Positions 10,124-19,615 of a DNA stretch of 64,000 nucleotides are shown piece by piece (within the stretch, counting starts at the first letter, position 1; the number at the start of each line of letters is the position of its first letter). The stretch is from Candidatus Woesebacteria bacterium. GTDB lineage: Bacteria > Patescibacteriota > Microgenomatia > UBA8517. A model generated the notes under the pieces. It saw only the letters and a list, made by a program, of their open reading frames with translations, was not told where the DNA came from and ran no database searches. The stretch lies in assembly GCA_016432365.1 (NCBI GenBank), contig CP066686.1, positions 273,771 through 337,770 on the forward strand, given 5' to 3'. A program made the position numbers and the translations under genes.

Positions 10124-12283
10124 ATGAATTTAAAAGATTTTTTGAACGTACGCGACAAGCCACCCGAACTTTTTTGGTCGGTTGTACTCGAACCGGGATG
10201 GGTGCAAGCGGGTATTTGGTATGTGGAAGCCGGAAGTGCAAATATGGTCAACATTGGTCCCGGAGCTGCTTGGGAAGTTGACGACGAACTGGTTGGTGCG
10301 GCTGATGCAGCATTATCTTCTACAGTACAAAAACTCCCCGAAAATTATCCGGAACCGACAAAAACCGTTTTTGGAGTTCCTTCAGCTTGGGTGAAAAGTG
10401 GAGAGATAGTCGAAGAACATTTGGCAAAAATTAAAAAGATTTGCGCAGATTTATCTTTGAACCCGGCGGGATTCGTTGTTATAAACGAAGCAATTGCCCA
10501 TTTCTACAAATCTGAGGAAGGGTCTCCGGTTAACGCAATTATTGTTGGGTTGGGCAATAGTTATTTGGAATTATCTGTTTTTAAACTCGGAAATTTGGTT
10601 GGTTCTACTTCGGTAGCCAGAAGCGTTTCTTTAATAGAGGATATAACTGAAGGTCTCTCCAGGTTCGATCAGGCCGCCCCCCTACCTTCCAGATTTATAA
10701 TTTTTGACGGAAAAGGCGGGGAACTTGAGGAGGCAAAAGAAACAATTTTACAAGCTTCTTGGATAGAAGAAGATAAAATCAAATTTTTGCATGCACCAAA
10801 AGTTGAAACTTTATCTTCGGACAGAAAAATATTAGCAACCAGTCTTGCTGGAGCGAGTGAAATAGGCCAGGTGTCCCAGATAAAGTCTGAGATTGAAACA
10901 GAACAGCCTACACAGGAAGAAATTAGAGAAGAAAGCAATGTCGCCCCTCCCGAAGAAGGCCTTACTCCCGAGGCTCTGGGTTTTTCAATCGGACAAGATG
11001 TTACCGTATCGGCCCCTTCGGAAGTTGTGTCTCAACCTCCACCCGTTAAGGAGCCCCCATCTCCGGCGCCTATCTCCCACGTTGCCCCCGAAAGACGGGG
11101 AATGAGCGAGTATATTAAGAAGACAAAAAGTCTTTTTCGTAAACCTCCGATTCTTCCTGGTAGATTCGCTATGGTTTCCGGAGTATTCCTGGTGATTTTT
11201 CTCTTAGTTTTAGGTTTAGGGTGGTGGTTCTTCCCTAAAGCGCATGTAGTAATTTATGTGACACCAAAAACTTTTCAGGAGGAATCAGAAATAACACTTA
11301 ATACCGGCGGGTCAGATTCGGGGACGAATAGCGTACCGGCAGCTAAGATATCAGTCCAAGTTTCCGGAGAAAAAACAAAGGCCACATCCGGTTTTAAGTT
11401 AATTGGAGACAAGGCCAAAGGAACTGTCCAGATAGCCAACGGTAATAGTAGTCCGATTGATTTGGCGGCAGGCACTATTCTTTTGTCTTCAGGAGGGCTT
11501 AAATTTGTCACCAACAGTGAGGCCTCTGTTTCTTCACAGCTTTTACCCGGCTCCCCGGGAACGGCAATGGTAGATGTTACCGCCGGCGACATCGGATCTC
11601 AATACAATTTACCCAAAGGTGAGGTTTTTAAGGTTGGGAACTTTTCAAAATCCTTAGTTGCCGGTACTTCTACAGGGGACTTTTCTGGAGGGAGTAGTCA
11701 ACAGATTGCTGCAGTTAGTAAAGATGACCAAAACGCGCTTGAAACTCAATTAAAAGATGAACTAACCGCCAAAGGGAAGGTGGAACTTTCTACAAAAGTG
11801 ACCGACAACCAGATTTTGATAGACGCCTTTTCCGGCGTTGATACAATAACCGAGAATTATGATCATAAGGTTGGAGATGCAGCTGATAGTCTAAAATTGT
11901 CTTTGTTGTTGTCGCTTTCCACAGTTGCTGTTGATAAACAGAAACTATTGGAGTACGCCCGAAACAACCTGAAGGATAAAGTGCCATCGGGGTTTGTACT
12001 ACGCGACTCGCAGATTGACTTTAAATTTACGTTTGTTTCACAAAAAGACGATAATTATGTTTATAAAGTGGCCATAGGAGCAAATTTTTTGCCGCAAGTA
12101 AATACAGACGCGATCGCCAAACAAATATCCGGTAGAAGCATATCTGTTTCAGAAAGTTATTTAACTTCAACTCCCGGGTTTTCCCGTGCAGACATAACCC
12201 TGAATCCACGCTTCCCGGGTCCATTTGGGGTGATACCCAGAGTCCTTAAGAATATTAAGATAGAAGTGGTGGCAGACAAATAA
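10124..12283 (+). CDS. hypothetical membrane protein: possible actin-like (FtsA/PilM-like) N-domain, Pro-rich linker, TM, large extracytoplasmic domain
   Basis: 719-aa ORF. A central hydrophobic helix (VSGVFLVIFLLVLGLGWWFF) is preceded by a PPxP-rich linker. The fold assignment of the N-domain is an inference. Confidence 0.6.
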   Translation: MNLKDFLNVRDKPPELFWSVVLEPGWVQAGIWYVEAGSANMVNIGPGAAWEVDDELVGAADAALSSTVQKLPENYPEPTKTVFGVPSAWVKSGEIVEEHLAKIKKICADLSLNPAGFVVINEAIAHFYKSEEGSPVNAIIVGLGNSYLELSVFKLGNLVGSTSVARSVSLIEDITEGLSRFDQAAPLPSRFIIFDGKGGELEEAKETILQASWIEEDKIKFLHAPKVETLSSDRKILATSLAGASEIGQVSQIKSEIETEQPTQEEIREESNVAPPEEGLTPEALGFSIGQDVTVSAPSEVVSQPPPVKEPPSPAPISHVAPERRGMSEYIKKTKSLFRKPPILPGRFAMVSGVFLVIFLLVLGLGWWFFPKAHVVIYVTPKTFQEESEITLNTGGSDSGTNSVPAAKISVQVSGEKTKATSGFKLIGDKAKGTVQIANGNSSPIDLAAGTILLSSGGLKFVTNSEASVSSQLLPGSPGTAMVDVTAGDIGSQYNLPKGEVFKVGNFSKSLVAGTSTGDFSGGSSQQIAAVSKDDQNALETQLKDELTAKGKVELSTKVTDNQILIDAFSGVDTITENYDHKVGDAADSLKLSLLLSLSTVAVDKQKLLEYARNNLKDKVPSGFVLRDSQIDFKFTFVSQKDDNYVYKVAIGANFLPQVNTDAIAKQISGRSISVSESYLTSTPGFSRADITLNPRFPGPFGVIPRVLKNIKIEVVADK

Positions 12284-12402
12284 ATCAAGACTCCAGAAAG
12301 TCGGAAGACTCAGAATACTCGGTTGATCGGTGCGTCAGAATCTCTGGTTTCTGATTTTCTGAGTCTCTGAGTTATCTGAGTTTTCTGATAGACTGTTTTG
12401 GT

Positions 12403-13083
12403 ATGTCTCAAAAAACAATATTACGTATCGCAGCAGTTGTTTCCGGAATATCAGGAATAATAATTCTTATCGGGGTAATTTACCCGATAGTTGCCTATGA
12501 CGCCACGTATTCCAAAAACTTTCAAAAAATAGTTTCTCCGGTTTCAGATACCGCCGGAAGTGTGGTTGCAGGGGTAAGTACCTCAGGCTCCGTTGATTAT
12601 ACCCAAGCGAGCAATTGGTTTACGGGGGGTGCAGTAAAATCCGACTTCACCAATTCAAAAGTTGAGTATTATACAATTTCTATTCCCAAAATTAAGGTTA
12701 TAGATGCTACGGTAGCAATCGGAGGAGAGGATTTGAGTCAACATATTATTCAATACCCGGGCACAGCACTTCCGGGTAAAAGGGGCAACTCCGTTCTTTT
12801 TGGTCATTCAATTCTTCCCATTTTTTATAACCCCAAAAACTATCTTGCGATTTTTTCGATGCTGCCAACATTGAAAATCGGGGATGAGATCGACGTTGAC
12901 TACGACGGTGTTTCGTATAAATACAGGGTTGAGTCAATGTTTGAGGTCAAACCCACAGATATTCAGGTATTGGATCAGGACTCGAGCGACTCATTTTTAA
13001 CTCTGGTAACTTGTGTACCGCCCGGGGACCCGACTCTTTCCAGGAGGTTGATAGTAAGGGCAAGGGTGGTTCCACCACAATAA
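12403..13083 (+). CDS. sortase family transpeptidase
   Basis: N-terminal TM anchor, LFGH motif and catalytic TLVTC motif. Confidence 0.8.
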   Translation: MSQKTILRIAAVVSGISGIIILIGVIYPIVAYDATYSKNFQKIVSPVSDTAGSVVAGVSTSGSVDYTQASNWFTGGAVKSDFTNSKVEYYTISIPKIKVIDATVAIGGEDLSQHIIQYPGTALPGKRGNSVLFGHSILPIFYNPKNYLAIFSMLPTLKIGDEIDVDYDGVSYKYRVESMFEVKPTDIQVLDQDSSDSFLTLVTCVPPGDPTLSRRLIVRARVVPPQ

Positions 13084-13127
13084 AAAAGAGACTAGATGCT
13101 AGAATCTAGTTACTAGTTTTTAAAAAT

Positions 13128-13514
13128 ATGAAAGTACTTGGAATTGATTATGGAAGAGCAAAAGTGGGATTGGCAATTGGTGTGGGAAGTTTTGCGGAGC
13201 CATATGACGTAATTCGCTATACAGACACAAACTCACTAATTGAAAAAATAGGGGAAATCGTTAAAGTGGAAAAGGTCGAAAAAATCGTCATTGGTTTATC
13301 GGAAAACGAAATAGGGGAAGCAACTAAAAAATTTGCGGAAGCTCTTCACTCTTCACTTTCCCCTCTTCCTTTTGAGTTCTTCGATGAAACTCTTACCTCA
13401 CAGGATGCTCAAAAGTTGAGCAGGGAAGCCGGAATGTCCCGTAAAAAAGCTCGCGGGATGGAAGACGCCTTCGCCGCCTCAATCATGCTTCAGAATTATT
13501 TGGATAGTAATTAA
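13128..13514 (+). CDS. ruvX: Holliday-junction resolvase-like RuvX/YqgF
   Basis: GIDYG..KVGLA N-terminus and a conserved acidic DE..T residue. About 128 aa. Confidence 0.85.
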   Translation: MKVLGIDYGRAKVGLAIGVGSFAEPYDVIRYTDTNSLIEKIGEIVKVEKVEKIVIGLSENEIGEATKKFAEALHSSLSPLPFEFFDETLTSQDAQKLSREAGMSRKKARGMEDAFAASIMLQNYLDSN

Positions 13515-13579
13515 AAAACTTGACCCACCTTCGCCAAGACTTCGTGGGGTCTGTATATTGCTTGTAGAGTCTATGGAAT

Positions 13580-13608
13580 TTGACTTTTAGCCTCAAATAT
13601 GCTACACT
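13580..13608 (+). promoter_or_regulatory. sigma70-like promoter TTGACT-17-TACACT
   Basis: Seen directly. Would give a roughly 350-nt leader before the cold-shock-domain gene. Confidence 0.4.
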
Positions 13609-13965
13609 ATCGGATACTTGAATTCCATATTTTGCTTGGGATTTAGGTTCAATTAGCTCATTAATCCCGTACAGAATTTACTTTGCGCCACGAACTACGT
13701 TTGTGCTCGCAAAGGGCTTTTTTACGGGATCTGCAGTGCTAGTCGCACTTTGACAAAAGAGAGATAAAGAACTCCTTTTAGCCTTGTTCCAGCAATAATT
13801 TCGCATTCGCCTTTTCAGCACTGTTCGTACACGGCTCTTGCCAAATTCTGACGGGACTTCGCTTCTGCATGCTTGAAGGCAGCACTCCGCGCATCTGTTA
13901 CAACTCGTGCTCGGAACGCTGCTCATTCAAGCGGCCTACCAATGGGTAGAAAAGGAGTGAGTGAT

Positions 13966-14583
13966 ATGGAAACCGGAACGGTAAAATGGTTCGACGCCCG
14001 GGAAGGTAAAAAGTTTGGCTTCGTGACGGCTGAGGATGGGAAAGAAATTTTCTTCCATTACAATGACGGAAGACCCATTCAGGTCAATGTCACAAAACGC
14101 CGAGTCGAGTTTTCCGACCAGCCTACGTTTCAGACCAAAGACGGAGTTCGCCGTCTTCGCGACCCCAAGCCCGGAGACAAAATCGTTTTTGTCAGGACGC
14201 AGGGTTACAAGGGTGATAAGGCATCGCCTTGGTCTTTCAAGTCGATCCACGACAAAGCAATCGACCAAATTGCCAAGTTGCCGGAACCGACTGTGTACCG
14301 AGCCCTCGAGACGATGAATAATGTCGGCGACGTGGCCGGTGAACCCAAGGTGTTGTGGGAAGGGTCCGATTTGGAAGCGCTCCTTGCCAAGTACCCAGTA
14401 CCTTCTGGTAGGCAGTCTCCCGGTTCCGATCCACTGATTCCGTATTATTCGGATTCAGACAATATCTTTGAGATTCGGCACTGGTTCGAGAAGAAGGTTG
14501 GAGAAATCTGGGAGCAATGCCCCGATCCACGCTTGCTGTCGGGAGCAAACCGACAGTTCGAACGTATCACCAACCGTTGGTAA
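13966..14583 (+). CDS. cold-shock domain (CspA-like) protein fused to an uncharacterised 140-aa C-terminal domain
   Basis: METGTVKWFD...KGFGFV RNP motifs of the CSD. Strong SD AAAAGGAGTGA 6 nt before the ATG. Locally GC-rich. Confidence 0.75.
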   Translation: METGTVKWFDAREGKKFGFVTAEDGKEIFFHYNDGRPIQVNVTKRRVEFSDQPTFQTKDGVRRLRDPKPGDKIVFVRTQGYKGDKASPWSFKSIHDKAIDQIAKLPEPTVYRALETMNNVGDVAGEPKVLWEGSDLEALLAKYPVPSGRQSPGSDPLIPYYSDSDNIFEIRHWFEKKVGEIWEQCPDPRLLSGANRQFERITNRW

Positions 14584-14698
14584 TCTCTCTTTAGAAATTT
14601 AAGTCTTGGGCCCTGGGGGTATTTTTTTTACTATACCTTCAGGGCCCGGTTTGTTTTATGAGGTTGACTTCCTGTTTCCCATGCTATACTTTAGATAC

Positions 14699-14893
14699 AT
14701 GTTTAAAAGCGTAATTGCACCAATGCAGGCCTGGCTACTTTCTCAGGGAAGATGTGTTGGTTGTGGTACAAATCTTTCTGAAGGCAAAAGTAAAAAAACA
14801 AAGTTTGGTGAACAAATTACATGCAAAAAATGCGGCAGAATCTTTATTAAAAAAGACAATAAATATAGAAGAGCTCTTCTAAACGAGGTTTAA
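14699..14893 (+). CDS. small zinc-ribbon protein (CxxC...CxxC)
   Basis: MFKSV... ORF with CVGCG...CKKCG. Promoter TTGACT-15-TGcTATACT sits directly upstream with its -10 box 8 nt before the ATG (leaderless). Confidence 0.45.
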   Translation: MFKSVIAPMQAWLLSQGRCVGCGTNLSEGKSKKTKFGEQITCKKCGRIFIKKDNKYRRALLNEV

Positions 14894-14918
14894 GTAAAAT
14901 TTGGTATACTAATCTTTC

Positions 14919-15869
14919 ATGAAAAAGTTATTTCTTTTGCTTCTAGTTCTAACTTTGGTTGCGGCAGCATCTATTGTTTGGTTTTACATCAATGTCCAAC
15001 CCGCAGGTACAAATAAAAACTTCAAAAATTTTCTTATCGAAAAAGGTGCTTCGGCTTCCAAAATTGGAACCAACCTAGAACAGGCGGGTTTTATTAAAAA
15101 TGCTTTGGCCTTTAAAATTTATGTAAAGTTCAGCGGACAGGATGGAAAAATTTTTCCCGGTGAATATAGACTTAATAGCGCCATGTCTATGTTCCAAATT
15201 GTCAGTCAACTGACCCGCGGACCGCTTGAGCTTTGGGTAACAATTCCTGAGGGGCTTAGACGAGAGGAGGTTGCTATGAGGTTTACAACAGGACTTGATC
15301 GGGATGCTGTGTTTACCAATGAATTTCTGCAAGCCTCGAAAAACTATGAGGGTAAACTCTTTCCTGACACCTATCTTTTTCCTAAAGACGCGAGCGCTTC
15401 TTCGATTGTAAACAAAATGACCAAGACCTTTGATTCAAAAACTTCAGGTCTTGTTGCGGGACCGGACTTAACATTCAATCAAAGAATTGTCTTGGCCTCA
15501 ATTCTTGAAAGAGAAACTAAAACCAGTGCAGAACGTCCAATTGTCGCCGGGATAATGATGAATAGAATTAGAGCGGGGATGCCTCTACAGGTAGACGCAG
15601 CAGTTCAATACGCTGTTGGAACATCCAAAAACTGGTGGCCTATATTGTCTCGAGATGACCTTCAAATCAATTCGCCTTTTAATACCTATAAATTTTCCGG
15701 ACTTCCCCCTGCCCCGATCGCAAGTCCGGGAATTTCAGCCCTTGAGGCGGCTTTTAGTCCGGCCTCTACCGAGTACTGGTACTATATACACGATAAAAGC
15801 GGAATAATTCATTACGCCGGGACTCTTCAGGAGCACAACGCAAACGTTGCGAAATATTTAGGAAAATGA
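14919..15869 (+). CDS. mltG: endolytic murein transglycosylase MltG (YceG-like)
   Basis: N-terminal TM followed by a YceG-like domain with the conserved acidic catalytic region. Confidence 0.85.
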   Translation: MKKLFLLLLVLTLVAAASIVWFYINVQPAGTNKNFKNFLIEKGASASKIGTNLEQAGFIKNALAFKIYVKFSGQDGKIFPGEYRLNSAMSMFQIVSQLTRGPLELWVTIPEGLRREEVAMRFTTGLDRDAVFTNEFLQASKNYEGKLFPDTYLFPKDASASSIVNKMTKTFDSKTSGLVAGPDLTFNQRIVLASILERETKTSAERPIVAGIMMNRIRAGMPLQVDAAVQYAVGTSKNWWPILSRDDLQINSPFNTYKFSGLPPAPIASPGISALEAAFSPASTEYWYYIHDKSGIIHYAGTLQEHNANVAKYLGK

Positions 15870-16118
15870 AGCTCTCAAACCTGACGGTCGGAGTATCTTC
15901 TCCCTAACTTCGTCGGGAGTGGAATCCCTTCGAAGCGGAACATTTTCGCTTATCCGCGGGCTAACGCCCGGGGTATTTGCGAAGGGGGATAAACCATATA
16001 TTTCCCCCTTGACCCTGCCACTACACTTACTTGCTCCCAAATACTACGTGTTTGCGTCGCAAGAGCGTGAGTGCGTGGTCTGCGCCCCAGCCAGAAACCT
16101 TGCAGTTCTAACTGGGGC

Positions 16119-16146
16119 TTGACATGAGGCTAAATACGGCTATAAT
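16119..16146 (+). promoter_or_regulatory. consensus promoter TTGACA-16-TATAAT for rpoBC
   Basis: Seen directly about 90 nt upstream of the rpoB ATG. Confidence 0.5.
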
Positions 16147-16234
16147 CCTCCCTAGGCGTACATGAATAGGTACGCTCGTCTCGCTTCGAATCTGCGGGCC
16201 TTTAGTGTTTAAAAATATAAAAATACCCACAAAA

Positions 16235-19200
16235 ATGACGTCAAAAAATATTCGCCGCAATTTCGGCAAGGATGAAAAAAACCTACCGATAATCAACCTA
16301 TCTGAAGTACAAACAGAAAGTTGGAAATTATTTTTGGGCGAGGGTATTAAAGAAGAGCTGATTCAAGTTTCCCCAATTGACGATTTTACAGGTAAAAATT
16401 GGCAACTCTCTCTTGGTGATCACTCCTTAGGTGCTCCGACAGTTTCTCCAATGACAGCCCAGAAAAAAGGAATCACTTATGCATGTCCTTTAAAAATCCG
16501 AGCTACCCTTGTAAATAAAAGAACAGGTAAAGAAGTAACCCAAGATGTGTTTTTGGGTGATATTCCTCAGATGACAACCCGTGGTACGTTTATAGTTAAC
16601 GGAATAGAACGTGCCGTTATCAATCAGATTGTAAGGTCCTCAGGAGCTTATTTTTCGGGCGAACTTGATCCATCAAGCGGCAGGGTGCTTTATAAGGCGG
16701 AGATTAGACCCTTACACGGCAGCTGGCTTGAGTTTGAAGTTACCAGAGGAGACTTGATTTACGCGAGAATTGACCGCAGGAGAAAAGTTTTAGCTACAGT
16801 ATTTTTGAGAGCTATAGGAGTCGAATCTGATCAAGACATTACCAACGCCTTTGAAGCGATGGATAAGAATCCGGATCATAAATATATTGCGGCAACACTT
16901 GCAAAAGATTCAACAAAGACCAGAGAAGAAGCTTTAATTGAGGTTTATAGAAAAATGAGACCCGGTGAACCCACAGTTTTGGAAAATGCTGAGGCTCTTT
17001 TCCAAACACTGTTTACAGACGGTAGAAGATATGATTTAGGAAAAGTTGGTAGATTTAAAATAAACAAGCGCTTGGGAGTTAACCTTCCAAACGACAAATC
17101 TACTTGGGTTCTTACCAAACAAGATGTAGTAGCTGCAATAAATTATCTTATCGGGCTTCAAAATGGAGTAGGAAAACTTGATGATATTGACCATTTGAGT
17201 AACCGAAGACTCAGGCGTGTCGGAGAGCTTGTGGCAGTAAACGCTTTCCGTGTCGGTCTTTTAAGACTCGAAAGATCGGTCAAAGAAAAGATGTCTTTGA
17301 TTTCACCCGACGATAAGCCCCTTCCCGCGAATCTTATTAATGCCCGTCCTTTGATAGCTTCACTTAACGAGTTTTTCAGAAGCAACCAGCTTTCAACAAT
17401 TTTAGATGACACGAATCCTTTGAGCGAGGTAGACAATCTTAGGCGTGTTTCCGTTCTTGGAACAGGTGGAATTAATCGTGAGCGCGCCAGCTTCTCTATT
17501 CGTGATGTCAACGCCTCACAATACGGCCGAATTGACCCGGTAAGATCACCTGAAGGACCAAACATCGGACTTGTTACTTACCTTGCTCTTTACGCCAAAG
17601 TTGACGAATTTGGTTTTATTCAAGCCCCGTATAGAAAAGTAGAGAAAGTGGGTAAAAAAGTAAAAGTAACAGACGAAGTTGTGTATCTTACTGCGGACGA
17701 TGAAGAAGATAAATATATAACTCACTCAGGAGTAAGTGTTGATAAAGATGGTTTTATCACAGATAGCAGAGTTCCGTTAAGATACATGGGTAAGTTTATT
17801 GAAGGCGCAGCGGAACTTGTTGATTATATTGACGTCACTCCAAGAGAGGTAGTCGGAGCCTCAGCCTCACTAATTCCTTTCTTGGCAAATGACGAGGGAA
17901 ACCGCGCCCTTATGGGAAGTAACATGCAATGTCAGAGCGTCCCGCTAGTTAACCCCGAGTCCCCAATTGTCGGAACAGGAATGGAAAGGACAATTTCTGA
18001 AGGTATGCAAAGAGTTATCCGCGCGAAACATGCCGGAGTTGTTGAATACATTGACGGTGAAAAGGTAATCGTTAAACTGGATAAAAAAGCTGAAACAGAT
18101 ACGACAGTTGATATTGAAGACACCGAAATTATCGATGGAGGCAAGAAAGAAGTCTACCATTTAACCAAATTTAAACGTACAGCCCACTCCACTGCATATA
18201 ATCAAATCTCCCGAGCTGTCCCTGATCAAAGAGTTGAGGTCGGAGATTTGTTGGTTGACGGTCCTGCAAGCCAGGATGGTGAGCTTGGACTTGGCCGCAA
18301 TCTTGTTGTCGCTTACGCCAACTTTGGTGGTTATGGTTTTGAGGACGCCATATTAATTTCAGAAAGACTTGTTAAAGAAGATTTGCTGACTTCAATTCAC
18401 ATCGAAGAATATGAGGCAGAGGTCGTTGATACAAAACTTGGTCCCGAAGAGATTACAAACGATATTCCTAATGTTTCTGAATCCGAACTGGCCAATCTGG
18501 CCGGAGATGGAATAGTAATGATTGGGGCGCAAGTTGGGCCGAATGACATTTTGGTCGGTAAAATAGCTCCCAAGGGTGAAACAGAACTTACTTCAGAAGA
18601 AAGACTTCTTAGAGCAATTTTTGGTGAGAAGGCCCGCGAAGTGCGAGATACCTCTCTCCGTGTTCCCCATGGCGAAAAAGGAATAGTGGTTGATGTCCAA
18701 ACACTTGATCGTGATAAAGGCGACGAGCTTGGGCCGGGGGTAATACAAAAAGTAATAGTCAGGGTTGCTCAAATCAGAAAAATTACAGTTGGAGATAAGG
18801 TGGCCGGACGCCATGGTAACAAAGGAGTTGTTGCCAAAATGATGCCTGTTGCAGACATGCCCCATCTTGCCGACGGAACTCCCGTCGATGTAGTTATTTC
18901 TCCTCTTTCTGTTATTTCCCGTATGAACCTTGGTCAGTTGATGGAGACACATCTTGGTTGGGCTTTGTACAAAAAAGGTGAAAAAGCAGCCCTTCCCGTT
19001 TTTGACAAAATTGGCGGGGACGCGATAGCCAAGGAATTGGAAAGCGCAGGTCTTGCGGTAAACGGTAAGTCACGTCTCTATGACGGTAGGACAGGTGAGG
19101 CTTTTAAGGAAGATACGGTAGTTGGAGTTGGATACATAATGAAGCTTATCCACATGGTGGAGGACAAGACACACGCCCGTTCAACCGGTCCATACTCGCT

Positions 19201-19603
19201 TGTTACACAACAGCCTCTTGGAGGAAAAGCTCAAATGGGAGGTCAGAGACTCGGAGAGATGGAGGTCTGGGCACTTGAAGCGCATCGTGCAAGTCACACC
19301 TTGCAGGAAATGCTTACTATTAAATCCGACGATGTTTTGGGGAGAGCCAAAGCTTTTGAGGCAATAGTTAAGGGAGTAGAAATTCCTGAGTCAACCATCC
19401 CTGAATCATTCAAAGTACTTGTTCGTGAACTTAATTCTCTTAGCCTTGCAATCGACCCCAAAGGGGTGAGTCTTGCCACGGTTGACGAGAATTCTGATGC
19501 TGAGGGTATGGAACTTGCAAAAGCGGCTGGAGCAGAAATGGTTGCAACAGATGAATTGGTCGCAGATAAAGGTCCGATGGAAGTAGAGGAAGTTATAGTT
19601 TAA
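16235..19603 (+). CDS. rpoB: DNA-directed RNA polymerase beta subunit
   Basis: MTSKNIRRNFGK N-terminus and conserved beta-subunit blocks throughout. The ORF track's extension to 16205 uses a GTG, judged less likely. Confidence 0.95.
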   Translation: MTSKNIRRNFGKDEKNLPIINLSEVQTESWKLFLGEGIKEELIQVSPIDDFTGKNWQLSLGDHSLGAPTVSPMTAQKKGITYACPLKIRATLVNKRTGKEVTQDVFLGDIPQMTTRGTFIVNGIERAVINQIVRSSGAYFSGELDPSSGRVLYKAEIRPLHGSWLEFEVTRGDLIYARIDRRRKVLATVFLRAIGVESDQDITNAFEAMDKNPDHKYIAATLAKDSTKTREEALIEVYRKMRPGEPTVLENAEALFQTLFTDGRRYDLGKVGRFKINKRLGVNLPNDKSTWVLTKQDVVAAINYLIGLQNGVGKLDDIDHLSNRRLRRVGELVAVNAFRVGLLRLERSVKEKMSLISPDDKPLPANLINARPLIASLNEFFRSNQLSTILDDTNPLSEVDNLRRVSVLGTGGINRERASFSIRDVNASQYGRIDPVRSPEGPNIGLVTYLALYAKVDEFGFIQAPYRKVEKVGKKVKVTDEVVYLTADDEEDKYITHSGVSVDKDGFITDSRVPLRYMGKFIEGAAELVDYIDVTPREVVGASASLIPFLANDEGNRALMGSNMQCQSVPLVNPESPIVGTGMERTISEGMQRVIRAKHAGVVEYIDGEKVIVKLDKKAETDTTVDIEDTEIIDGGKKEVYHLTKFKRTAHSTAYNQISRAVPDQRVEVGDLLVDGPASQDGELGLGRNLVVAYANFGGYGFEDAILISERLVKEDLLTSIHIEEYEAEVVDTKLGPEEITNDIPNVSESELANLAGDGIVMIGAQVGPNDILVGKIAPKGETELTSEERLLRAIFGEKAREVRDTSLRVPHGEKGIVVDVQTLDRDKGDELGPGVIQKVIVRVAQIRKITVGDKVAGRHGNKGVVAKMMPVADMPHLADGTPVDVVISPLSVISRMNLGQLMETHLGWALYKKGEKAALPVFDKIGGDAIAKELESAGLAVNGKSRLYDGRTGEAFKEDTVVGVGYIMKLIHMVEDKTHARSTGPYSLVTQQPLGGKAQMGGQRLGEMEVWALEAHRASHTLQEMLTIKSDDVLGRAKAFEAIVKGVEIPESTIPESFKVLVRELNSLSLAIDPKGVSLATVDENSDAEGMELAKAAGAEMVATDELVADKGPMEVEEVIV

Positions 19604-19615
19604 AATCAAACACTT

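Noticed and set aside
13678-14548. Overlapping ORFs on both strands inside the GC-rich island (13678-13926 -, 13936-14268 -, 14036-14317 +, 14205-14390 -, 14237-14548 -)
   Set aside because: Typical spurious long ORFs produced by locally high GC. The + frame with the CSD motifs and strong SD is the coherent gene.
15870-16118. tmRNA or SRP RNA identity for the structured region
   Set aside because: Only near matches to tmRNA UUCGACGGG (TTCGTCGGG) and no SRP GGAAGCAGC motif. No tRNA-like T-arm. Left as an unclassified candidate ncRNA.
16180-16200. TTCGAATC T-loop-like motif suggesting a tRNA in the rpoB leader
   Set aside because: Flanking sequences are not complementary, so there is no T-stem and no acceptor pairing.
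16205-16234. N-terminal extension of rpoB from GTG at 16205
   Set aside because: Conserved rpoB N-terminus (…IRRNFGK) aligns with the ATG at 16235. The extension is A-rich leader sequence.
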